A stretch of 64,000 bases of DNA from Octopus sinensis (GCF_006345805.1 NC_043023.1:9858001-9922000), one strand, 5' to 3'. Counted from the stretch's first letter, positions 49,040 to 60,440 are shown. Numbers and translations: made by a program. Notes: generated from the letters alone by a model not told the origin.

Positions 49040-49960
49040 CTTCCTTCTCGAGCCATATCTGGCTCATAAGGGCCGGTTTCCCGGTTTCTTGGCGTATAGG
49101 TTCCCCACATGGAAGGGACGCCAGTCTGTTGCAGGTGAGCTGCAAGATGCAGGAGGAAAGAGTGAAAGAAAGTTGTGGCGAAAGAGTCAGCAGAAGTTCA
49201 CCATTACCTTCTGCCGGAGTCACATGGAGCTTAGGTGTTTCGCTCATAAACACACACATCGCCCGGTCTGAGATTCGAACCCGCGATCCCTCGACTGCGA
49301 GTCCGCTGCTCTAACCACTAGGCCATGTGCCTCCACAACATGGGATGGTTGACATGGAGCAGGTGACTCGGGGAAGGTGACATAGGATGTATAACATGGT
49401 ATTGGTACTGAAGTACTTTGAAAAGCAGTGTTTTTAACATCAAAAATCGATGGAAACTGCAGTTGCAATCCCTGTGCTGGTGGCACGTAAAAAGCACCAA
49501 TCCGATTGTGACCGTTGCCAGCCTTGCCTGGCACCTGTGCAGGTGGCACGTAAAAAGCACCCACTACACTCACGAGGTGGTTGGCGTTAGGAAGGGCATC
49601 CAGCTGTAGAAACACTGCCAGATCAGACTGGAGCCTGGTGCAGCCTCCTGGCTTCCCAGAGCCCAGTCAAATCGTCCAACCCATGCCAGCATGGAAAGCG
49701 GACGTTAAGCAATGATGATGATGATGATGATCAGTGCTTCTTTCTGAATTTATAAATGAGAGTGATAATTGTACACAAAATATGAAACAAAACTTGTACA
49801 GGTGCAGGAGTGGCTCCATGGTAGTAGCTTGTTTGCCAACCACATGGTTCCGGGTTCAGTCCCACTGCATGGCACCTTGGGCAAGTGTCTTCTACTATAG
49901 CCTCGGGCCAACCAATGCCTTGTGAGTGGATTTGGTAGACGGAAACTGAAAGAAGCCCGT

Positions 49961-50003
<43 letters not shown>

Positions 50004-50211
50004 GTGTGTGTGTGTTTGTCCCCCTAGCATTGCTTGACAACCGATGCTGGTGTGTTTACGTCCCCGTAACTTAGCAGTTCGGCAAAAAGTGACCAATAGA
50101 ATAAGTACTGGGCTTACAAAGAATAAGTGCCGGGGTCGAGTTGCTCGATTAAAGGCGGTGCTCCAGCATGGCCGCAGTCAAATGACTGAAACAAGTAAAA
50201 GAGTAAAAGAG
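49040..50211. mobile_element. Three retroposons in the STPR intron: family B (-, to 49336), family D (+, ~49420-49732), family A (+, 49801-50211)
   Basis: Family-diagnostic heads and tails. Confidence 0.8.
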
Positions 50212-50321
50212 CTATACTTTTAGATAATCAAAATCTAGATTACTCAAATCCTTTACCTGCTCTAATTAATTAAACTTAGTAAAAAAAAAAAAAAATCAAT
50301 CTTAACATGAGTAAGGCATAC

Positions 50322-50396
50322 CTGTGAACGCTTTTTCCGCATTTGCTGTTTGCGTGAAGTTTTAGAGCTGAACTTTGATCGCTTTCGTATTGGCAT
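50322..50396 (-). CDS. STPR-like repeat protein, coding exon 1 (basic, NLS-like)
   Basis: MPIRKRSKFSSKTSRKQQMRKKRSQ, then donor CAG|GTATGC, phase 0, in frame with the acceptor at 48336. Confidence 0.62.
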
Positions 50397-50522
50397 CGTG
50401 TTCTTCTACTTCAAAGCTATTAGGGTAGGAGAAGGTGCACCATTAGACATACATATAGCTTTCGTTTTGTAGTTTAAAGATTGCATTTTTTCCGATGGTC
50501 GGATAACTGAAGAGATGGCGGC

Positions 50523-51156
50523 TATAGAATTTTCTCAATAAAGCCAAGAGAAAAAGATGTTTTATAAACACATTCTACCAGTATACGAAGTTTAAAAGTG
50601 TTCAGTTACAATATCTTACAAACTATAGACTTTTCTCAATAAAGCGAAGAGAAAAAGATGTTTTATAAACACATTCTACCAGTATACGAAGTTTAAAAGT
50701 GTTTAGTTACGTGGAAATTATTTTTAAAAACTGCCGGTCAAACCGAAAAGACCCAAATATCTTACAAACTATAGAATTTTCTCAATAAAGCCAAGAGAAA
50801 AAGATGTTTTATCAACACATTCTACCAGTATACGAAGTTTAAAAGTGTTCAATTACGTGGAAAATATTTTTTAAAACTGCCAGTCAAACCGAAAAGATCC
50901 CTGTTTCTTAAACGAGGGACATATTCATACGGCACAGAATGTTTTTTTTTACCTTAATAGACGTCATTGATTGGTTGAAATTGCAGAAATTGAGGCGAAA
51001 AAAAAACAACAAATATCATACAAACTATAGAATTTTCTCAATAAAGCCAAGAGAAAAAGATGTTTTATAAACACATTCTACCAGTATACGAAGTTTAAAA
51101 GTGTTTAGTTACGTGGAAATTATTTTTAAAAACTGCCGGTCAAACCGAAAAGATCC
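50523..51156 (+). mobile_element. Concatenated GGATC-MITE right ends
   Basis: 147-bp units plus a block resuming at CTGTTTCTTAAAC. Confidence 0.85.
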
Positions 51157-51604
51157 ATATCTTCTCTAATCAATTACACCGTTTTGCTCTCATTTTACAA
51201 ATAAATTTCCTCTATATCACATCTAACATCCGATAATAGGTTTTCACAAACAACAAACCAACATTTCAGTTTGGAAGTTATTAATTAAGACGAGGTACGT
51301 TCTGAGTTCAAATTCCGTCGAGGCTGACTTTAACCTTTTATTCCTTCTGGGTCGATAAATTAAGTACCAGTTAAATATTGGTGCCGACGTGATCGACTAT
51401 CGACCTCCCTCAAATTTCAGGTCTTGTATCTAAAGAAGAAAATATTATTTAAGACGAATTAATATATTTTCCTTATATTTTCATGTTTTCGCTTCGAAAT
51501 AATTACTGTAACATCGAAAGATTCACAGAATTCTATGATTTACAATATTATTATTAGTATTATTATCATCATTAAAGCCTTAAAGTAAATCTTTGTCAAC
51601 TTAC

Positions 51605-51760
51605 CCTGTTCAGATAGAAACTGCGAGTCAGCGATCGCTAATTGAGCACCTTAATTAATAATTGGAGCTTGGTCGATGTAGTGTAGAAGTTATTTCCCTT
51701 TATATGATTGTATTTCTTGAATTCTCCACTAGATGTCTCTACTGAATGGTTGGGTTCGTT
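51605..51760 (-). promoter_or_regulatory. Orphan copy of the ZNF promoter and non-coding exon 1
   Basis: TATAAAG at 51704-51698; CCACTAGATGTC at 51726-51737; donor AGG|GTAAGT at 51604; 51167-51760 is nearly identical to 61650-62245. Confidence 0.65.
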
Positions 51761-51865
51761 CCAGCACTTTAGTTTCATTTTCTCAACTATCTCACTTTCA
51801 GTTTCTTTTTTAATTTTCTTTACACCTAATTATTTTAAGAAAGCTTACTCATATATTCTGCTACG

Positions 51866-52528
51866 GTCTTTACCTTTTGACCTACAGATTTAAAAAATAA
51901 TTTCTAGTTAACTAAACACTTTTAAACTTCGTATACTGGTAGAATATGTTTATAAAACATCTTTTTCTCTTGGCTTTATTGAGAAAATTCTATAGTTTGT
52001 AAGATATTTGTTGTTTTTTTTCTTCAATTTCTGCAATTTCAACCAATCAATGACGTCTATTGAGGTAACAAACATTCTGTGCCGTATGAACATGTCTCTC
52101 GTTTAAGAAACAGGGATCTTTTCGGTTTGACCGGCAGTTTTTTAAAATAACTTCCACGTAACTAAACACTTTTAAACTTTGTATACTGGTAGAATGTGTT
52201 TATAAAATATCTTTTTCTCTTGGCTTTATTGAGAAAATTCTATGGTTTGTAAGATATTTGTTGTTTTTTGTTCTTCAATTTCTGCAATTTCAACCAATCA
52301 ATGACGTCCATTGAGATAAAAAAAACATTCTGTGCCGTGTGAATATGTCCCTCGTTTAAGAAACAGATTGGGTTTATTTACATTTGTGAAGAAAAAAGAT
52401 ACCCTTCCTCTCACCCCTAACCCTAAAACAGATTGAAATGCAATAGATCGATACTAGGGTCATAATTATGGGTGACAATTTCATATGACACCGCTAGAAA
52501 AAAACTGCCATTCAAACCGAAAAGATCC
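51866..52528 (-). mobile_element. GGATC-MITE composite, inverted relative to 50523-51156
   Basis: Same GATCC|CTGTTTCTTAAAC junction on the opposite strand at 52113. Confidence 0.8.
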
Positions 52529-53087
52529 TAAGAAAGTCTACTGATATATTCGGATCTTTTACCTTTTGACCAACAGATTTAAAAAATAATTTCTAGTTAA
52601 CTAAACACTTTCAAACTTCGTATACTGGTAGAATGTGTTTATAAAACATCTTTTACTCTTAGCATTTTTGAGGAAAAATTATTTACAAAGTTATTTCACC
52701 TTAAAGTTCTCGTATTTCGGTTATTTCAACCAATGAATGACGTATATTTAACTGAATAAAATTACTGTTTGTGCCAACCCTAACACTAACCCTAAAACCC
52801 TAACCCTAACAGGGACAAAAGTCCCTGCTATATTTTTTGGTTATCTTTTGCTTCCGTTGTCTGTTTTGGCTTCTTTACCACAGCAGGGTGCATTTCCTAA
52901 TGTCAACCCTTTTACAGAGAGCACTGGGTGCTTTGTTTTTATGGGACACCATCACCAGTGCTGCTGAGTTGGCACTAGTACCTGTGCTTATAATATGAGC
53001 CCCTTATCCGTGCATTTTACGTGTCACCATCAAATGTGCTTCTAATGTGACACCACCATCAATACTTCTTTTTATGTCGTCCCATCA

Positions 53088-53320
53088 GGCGGCGAGCTGG
53101 CAGAAACGTTAGCACGCCGGGCGAAATGCGTAGCTGTATTTCGTCTGCCGTTACGTTCTGAGTTCAAGTTCCGCCGAGGTCGATTTTGCCTTTCATCCTT
53201 TCGGGGTCGATTAAATAAGTACCAGTTACGCACTGGGGTCGATATAATCGACTTAATCCGTTTGTCTGTCCTCGTTTGTCCTTTCTGTGTTTAGCCCCTT
53301 GTGGGCAGTAAAGAAATAAA
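53088..53320 (+). mobile_element. tRNA-SINE family C, full length
   Basis: GGCGGCGAGCTGGCAGAAACGTTAGC head, GAGTTCAAGTTCC box, AAGAAATAA tail. Confidence 0.85.
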
Positions 53321-53454
53321 TATGAGCCCCTTATCTGTGCATTTTACGTGTCACCAACACCAGTGCTTCTAATGCGACACCATCATCAGTGCCTCTGTTT
53401 CTGTGGTACCACCACCAGCACTTTACAAGTTGCACCATCATCAGTGATTTTTAG

Positions 53455-54078
53455 GTGACGCCAGCCTTGTTTGGCCCGTGCCGGTGGCACGTAAAAAGCA
53501 CCATCCAATCGTGGCCGTTTGCCAGCCTCGTCTGGCCCCCGTGCTGGTGGCACGTAAAATGCACCATCCGCTCGTGGCCGTTTGCCAGCCTCGTCTGGCC
53601 CCCGTGCTGGTGGCACGTAAAAAGCACCATCCAATCGTGGCCGTTTGCCAGCCTCGTCTGGCCCCCGTGCTGGTGGCACGTAAAAAGCACCATCCAATCG
53701 TGGCCGTTTGCCAGCCTCGTCTGGCCCCCGTGCTGGTGGCACGTAAAAAGCACCATCCAATCGTGGCCGTTTGCCAGCCTCGTCTGGCCCCCGTGCTGGT
53801 GGCACGTAAAGAGCACCATCCGATCATGGCCGTTCGCCAGCCTCGTCTGGCACGTAAAAAAGCATCATCCGATCGTGGCCGCTGCCAGACTCCCCTGGCA
53901 CCTGTGCCGGTGGTACGTAAAAAGCACCAACTACACTCACGGAGTGGTTGGCATTAGGAAGGGCATCCAGCTGTAGAAACACTGCCAGATCAGACTGGGC
54001 CTGGCTTCCCAGATCCCCGGTCGAACCGTCCAACCCATGCCAGCATGGAAAACGGACGTTAAACGATGATGATGATGA
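53455..54078 (+). mobile_element. Family D retroposon with a homogeneous 63-bp internal array (x6)
   Basis: GGTGGCACGTAAAAAGCACC at 53483, 53546, 53609, 53672, 53735, 53798; (GAT)n tail. Confidence 0.85.
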
Positions 54079-54648
54079 CTTCTAGTATAGCTTTTCTCTT
54101 GGTACCATCAGCAGTGCTTATTACCTTGGACCATAACCTGTGCCATTTACACAGCATTCTGACCGGTGCTTGTGATATGGGTCCAGCACCAGGGCCTTTG
54201 ATATAGCCGAAGCATCACCCTCTTCCTCACCAGCACAACTGCTTTTCTCCTGGCACCATCACCAGTGACCCTTTTTCTGTGGTACCATCACCAATGATTT
54301 ACAAGTTGCACCATCATCCGTGCTTTTTGGGTGACCCCTCTAGTATAGCTTTTCATGTGGAACCATCACCAGTGGTTTTTTCCTGGGACCAGCATCTGTG
54401 CTATTTATTTACCACTGTGACCAGTGCTTCTAATATGGGTCCAGCACCAGGGCCTTTGATATGGTGGAAGCACCATCCTCTTTCCATGGCACCAGCACAA
54501 CTGCTTTTCTCTTGGCAGCATCACCAGTGATTTTTACGTGACAACAAAACTGAAAGGGTCACTAAGGACCCTGTAAGACAAAATAGCCCACAACTGGGAG
54601 GGAGGAAAGTAGTATTAAAGGAATGTCACTTTGTGCCAGTTGAGAGGT

Positions 54649-56860
54649 TTAACCCTTTTGTTACCCTATTTCTGTTGAGATGCTCTGTGTTTCTTTCAAT
54701 TAATTTTAAATATAACAAAGAATTTAGTAAAATAACTTAGTTATCATTAAGCTAGTGTTAGGAACATAAATTGTGACTAAGGTTTGGTGGAAGATTTTAA
54801 TTCAAAATTTTTAGAAACAAGACATTTGTACTACAGAGCCAGAGGCGGTTTCAGCCAGGTTGGTATCAAAAGGGTTAAGAATTGTTTCTCTATTATATAT
54901 TTAAACCCTTTTGTTAGCATATTTCTGTTGAGATGCTCTGTGTTTCTTTCAATTAATTTTAAATATAACAAAGAATTTAGTAAAGTAACTTGGTTATGAT
55001 TAAGCTAGTGTTAGGAACATAAATTGTGACTAAGGTTTGGTGGAAGATTTTATTCAGAACTTATGAAAACAAGACATTTGTACTACAGAGCCGGAGGTGG
55101 TTTCAGCCAGGTTGGTATCAAAAGGGTTAAAAATTGTTTCTCTATATATTTTAACCCTTTTGTTACCATATTTCTGTTGAGATGCTCTGTGTTTCTTTCA
55201 ATTACTTTAAATATAACAAAGAATTTAGTAAAATACTTAGTTATCATTAAGCTAGTTAGGAAACATAAATTGTGACTAAGGTTTGGTGGAAGATTTTAAT
55301 TCAGAAACTTATGAAAACAAGGCATTTGTACTACAGAGCCAGAGGTGGTTTCAGCCGGGTTGGTATTAAAAGGGTTAAGAATTGATTCTCTATTATATAT
55401 TTAAACCCTTTTGTTACCATATTTCTGTTGAGATGCTCTGTGTTTCTTTCAATTAATTTTAAATATAACAAAGAATTTAGTAAAATAACTTAGTTATCAT
55501 TAAGCTAGTGTTAGGAACATAAATTGTGACTAAGGTTTGGTGGAAGATTTTAATTCAGAACTTATGAAAACAAGGCATTTGTACTACAGAGCCAGAGGTG
55601 GTTTCAGCCGGGTTGGTATCAAAAGGGTTAAGAATTGTTTCTCTATTATATATTTAAACCCTTTTGTTACCATATTTCTGTTGAGATGCTCTGTGTTTCT
55701 TTCAATTAATTTTAAATATAACAAAGAATTTAGTAAAATAACTTAGTTATCATTAAGCTAGTGTTAGGAACATAAATTGTGACTAAGGTTTGGTGGAAGA
55801 TTTTAATTCAGAACTTATGAAAACAAGGCATTTGTACTACAGAGCCAGAGGTGGTTTCAGCCGGGTTGGTATCAAAAGGGTTAAGAATTGTTTCTCTATT
55901 ATATATTTAAACCCTTTTGTTAGCATATTTCTGTTGAGATGCTCTGTGTTTCTTTCAATTAATTTTAAATATAACAAAGAATTTAGTAAAGTGACTTGGT
56001 TATCATTAAGCTAGTGTTAGGAACATAAATTGTGACTAAGGTTTGGTGGAAGATTTTATTCAGAACTTATGAAAACAAGACATTTGTACTACAGAGTCAG
56101 AGGTGGTTTCAGCCAGCTTGGTATCAAAAGGGTTAAGAATTGTTTCTCTATTATATATTTAAACCCTTTTGTTACCATATTTCTGTTAAGATGCTCTGTT
56201 TCTTTCAATTAATTTTAAATATAACAAAGAATTTAGTAAAACAACTCAGTTATCATTAAGCTGGTGTGAGGAACATAAATTGTGACTAAGGTTTGGTGGA
56301 AGATTCTAATTCAAAACTTATGAAAACAAGACATTTGTACTAGAGCCGGATGTGGTTTCAGCCAGGTTGGTATCAAAAGGGTTAAGAATTGTTTCTCTAT
56401 TATATATTTTAACCCTTTTGTTACCATATTTCTGTTGAGATGCTCTGTGTTTCTTTCAATTAATTTTAAATATAACAAAGAATTTAGTAAAGTGACTTGG
56501 TTATCATTAAGCTAGTGTTAGGAATATAAATTGTGACTAAGGTTTGGTGGAAGATTTTATTTCAGAACTTTTCAAAATAAGACATTTGTACTACAGAGCC
56601 AGAGGTGGTTTCAGCCAGGTTGGTATAAAAAGGGTTAAGAATTGTTTCTCTATTATATATTTTAACCCTTTTCTTACCATATTTCTGTTGAGATGTTCTG
56701 TGTTTCTTTCAATTACTTTAAATATAACAAAGAATTTAGTAAAATAACTTAGTTACCATTAAGCTAGTGTTGGGAATACAAATTCTGACTAAGGTTTGTT
56801 GAGAGATTTTAATTCAGAACTTTTAAAAACAAGGTATTTGTACTACAGAGCCAGAGGTAG
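54649..56860. repeat. 9 x ~253-bp tandem array of a piggyBac-like MITE plus spacer
   Basis: TTAA|CCCTTTTGTTACCA...TGGTATCAAAAGGG|TTAA; starts at 54653, 54906, 55155, 55406, 55659, 55912, 56164, 56413, 56666 (last one truncated). Confidence 0.92.
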
Positions 56861-57123
56861 AAAGGGGACAGTGTTTAGATATAGAATAACAACACAAACA
56901 CAAAATGGTAACAGTCTAACTTTTTATTCAATGTTTTTTTAACAGATTCCTCAAAGTCCAAATGCAGGCATTTTCATTAATCAAGGTATCTCAGAGTCAA
57001 TATTTTTACAGGTGACCGCAAATTTGAGGTTGACATTGATGGAATTGAAGTTGATGAAAGGAAAAAACCCTGTGTTTTAGCAAATAAAATAGTCTTAATT
57101 GTTGTTATGTTGACATTGATACA

Positions 57124-57535
57124 GCGCAGGAGTGGCTGTGTGGTAAGTAGCTTGCTAACCAACCATGTGGTTCTGGGTTCAGTCCCACTGCGTGGCATCT
57201 TGGGCAAGCGTCTTCTTCTATAGCCCCTAGCCGACCAAAGACTTGTGAGTGGATTTGGTAGACGGAAACTGAAAGAAGCCTGTCGTATATATGCGTATAT
57301 ATGTATATGTATGTGTGCGTGTGTGTCTGTGTTTGTCCCCCTAGCATTGCTTGACAACCGATGCTGGTGTGTTTACGTCCCCGTCACTTAGCGGTTCGGC
57401 AAAAGAGACCGATAGAATAAGTACTGGGCTTACAAAAGAATAAGTCCCGGGGTCGATTTGGTCGGCTAAAAGGCGGTGCTCCAGCATGGCCGCAGTCAAA
57501 TGACTGAAACAAGAGAAAGAGAAAGAGAAAGAGAT
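57124..57535 (+). mobile_element. tRNA-SINE family A, full length
   Basis: Head, core and tail; sits at the 3' end of the second ZNF. Confidence 0.88.
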
Positions 57536-57559
57536 ACAGTTACACCCACATATGTATGC

Positions 57560-57886
57560 ATGTGGCTTTCTCGAGAGAATGATTTGCCACATGTTACACT
57601 GATATGGTTTCTCCCCTGTAGGAATTTGCTTCATCATCATCATCATCATCATCGTTTGACGTCCGTTCTCCATGCTAGCATGGGTTGGACAGTTCGACCG
57701 GGGATCTGGGAAGCCAGAAGGCTGCCCCAGGCTCCGGTCTTATCTGGCAATGTTTCTACGGCTGGATGCCCTTCCTAATGCCAACCACTCCGTGAGTGTA
57801 GTGGGTGCTTTTTACGTGCCACCTGCACAGGTGCCAGGCGAGGCTGGCATCGGCCATATATGTATATATGTATGTATATATGTATA

Positions 57887-57929
<43 letters not shown>

Positions 57930-58165
57930 CATCATCATCATCGTTTATCGTCCGTTTTCCATGCTAGCATGGGTTGGACGGTTCGACCGGGGATCTGGGA
58001 AGCCAGAAGGCTGCCCCAGGCTCCGGTCTTATCTGGCAATGTTTCTACGGCTGGATGCCCTTCCTAATGCCAACCACTCCGTGAGTGTAGTGGGTGCTTT
58101 TTACGTGCCACCTGCACAGGTGCCAGGCGAGGCTGGCATCGGCCATATATGTATATATGTATGTA

Positions 58166-58229
<64 letters not shown>

Positions 58230-59446
58230 CATCATCATCATCGTTTATCGTCCGTTTTCCATGCTAGCATGGGTTGGACGGTTCGACCGGGGATCTGGGA
58301 AGCCAGAAGGCTGCCCCAGGCTCCGGTCTTATCTGGCAATGTTTCTACGGCTGGATGCCCTTCCTAATGCCAACCACTCCGTGAGTGTAGTGGGTGCTTT
58401 TTACGTGCCACCTGCACTGGAGCCAGGCGAGGCTGGCATCGGCCACGGTCGGATTGGTGCATTTTACGTGCCACCTGCATGGAAGCCAGTTAAGGCGGCA
58501 CTGGCTTCGGCCACGATTCGGATGGTGCATTTTACGTGCCACCTGCATGGAAGCCAGTCGAGGCGGCACTGGCTTCGGCCACGATTCTTGTGCACAGTTA
58601 AAGTGGGTCTATGAGAGAATGATTTACCACGGATACCAGAGAGATATAACTTTTCACCTGTATGAATTCGTTTGTGAATTGATAACAAACTGCTTTCACA
58701 GAATGATTTTCCACAGATATCACAACGAAATGTCTTCTCACCTGTATGAATGCACTTGTGACTAGTTAATGAGTTATTTCCAGAAAATGATTTACCACAG
58801 ATATCACAGACATACGGTTTTCCGCAGTATGAATACATTTGTGTCTGGTCAACGGGCTATTAGAAGAGAATGATTTACCACAGACATCACAATGATATGG
58901 TTTCTCACCTGTATGAACACGTCTGTGTGATTTCATTTGATCAGATTCAGAAAATGATTTACCACAGGTATCACAACAATACGGCTTTTCCCCAGTATGA
59001 ATACGTGTGTGCCTAGTCAAATGACTGTTTTCAGAAAATGACTTACCACAGGTATCACAATGATATAACTTCTCACCTGTATGAATTCGTTTGTGTTTAT
59101 TCAAGTCACTACAACAAAAGAAAGATTTTCCACAGGTATCACAGTCATATGGCTTTTCACCTGTATGAATACGTTTGTGCCTAGTCAAATGACTGTTTTC
59201 AGAAAATGATTTACCACAGGTATCACAGTGATATGGCTTCTCACCTGTATGAATATGTTTGTGTATTTTTAAGTGACTGGCTTCGGAGAATAATCTACCA
59301 CAGGTATTGCAATGATGTGGTTTCTCACCTGTATGTGTACGTCTGTGTCTTGTTAACTTACTATTACAAGGGAACGATTTACCACAGGTAATACAAAGAA
59401 ATGGCTTCTCACCTTTATTGGGGATTTTTTTAGTTGAATTATCCAT
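57560..59446 (-). pseudogene. Second C2H2 ZNF gene, truncated or decaying (7 in-frame fingers, then a frameshift, a retroposon insertion and further decay)
   Basis: ATG at 59446 in the same CTCTCATAATG context as the first ZNF; 1-nt loss in GAAAAC at ~58820; fingers continue in another frame to 58590 and resume at 57630. Confidence 0.8.
57631..58587 (-). mobile_element. Family D retroposon, 3' part triplicated (~290-300-bp period), inserted in a zinc-finger codon run
   Basis: CAC AAG | insert | AAG CAA ATT CCT ACA GGG GAG AAA on -. Confidence 0.85.
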
Positions 59447-59959
59447 TATGAGAGTATAATTAATCATACATATCACAATGATAATGATTTTTTCATTTCT
59501 ATGAATATATTTGTATGAAGTTGGATCACTATTTTCAGAGAATAATTTAATGTTAATCTTTCTTTCCTCTGTGATCTTTATACCTAAATCAACAGGTGAA
59601 AACTGTCAACTCTTTTGTAAAGTTTATCCAAGCTTAATTAACCTGTACAGCAGTCATCTCTTCTCCATTCCAGAGAGGGAAGACAAGAAAAATATTTTGC
59701 TGTCGTCTGTCAGAGATTATATTTTTGTAAATCAGTTGATGTATTGATGAATGCTCCTTATAAATATATCATCTTCCTTTGGTTGATAGGAGCAGATAAA
59801 ATATCAGAGGCACATCTGAATGAAGTAATTTCTTTCATATCAACAGGATGTTATATTCTGAAATAGAAAAAAGAAGCTGTGAGATAAAGAGAATCGTTAC
59901 GTGACATCTTAATTCAACATTGCAAATCTTACATCAACACTGTCATCCATTAACATCTT

Positions 59960-60287
59960 GGGCGTAACTTCGGTATAGGTACCGGATAAATTTCAAATAA
60001 GGTTTTTTTTTTATATATATGGGGGGTTAGGGTTAGCGTTTGGGTTGGGAGAAAAGGGTTTCTGTTATCTTCAGAAATGTAAACAAAGCCACTTTCGGTA
60101 CCTATACCGAAGCATCGCCACATCGGTGATCCTTCGGTATAGGTGCCGTAAGTGGCTTTGTTTACATTTCTGAAGATAACAGAAACCCTTTTCTCCCACC
60201 CCAAATGCTACCCCCCCCCCCCATATATATATTAATAAAAAAACACTTTCTTGAAATGTATCCGGTACCTATACCGAAGTTACACCC
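59960..60287. mobile_element. Foldback element with ~150-bp arms and four copies of a 17-bp motif
   Basis: GGGCGTAACTTCGGTATAGGTACCGG ends; CTTCGGTATAGGTACCG occurs in alternating orientation. Confidence 0.85.
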
Positions 60288-60440
60288 ATTCTGTATATAA
60301 ATGAATCGTTACTACATTTCTCTAATTATTTATCTGCTTCCTTTCTTTTTCTCTCTCCTTTCACTTATCGCCAAATACAAAAACGAAATTAAGTAATGTG
60401 GTATACTTAAATCGGTTTCCCTTCATTTTGCTAATTAATT

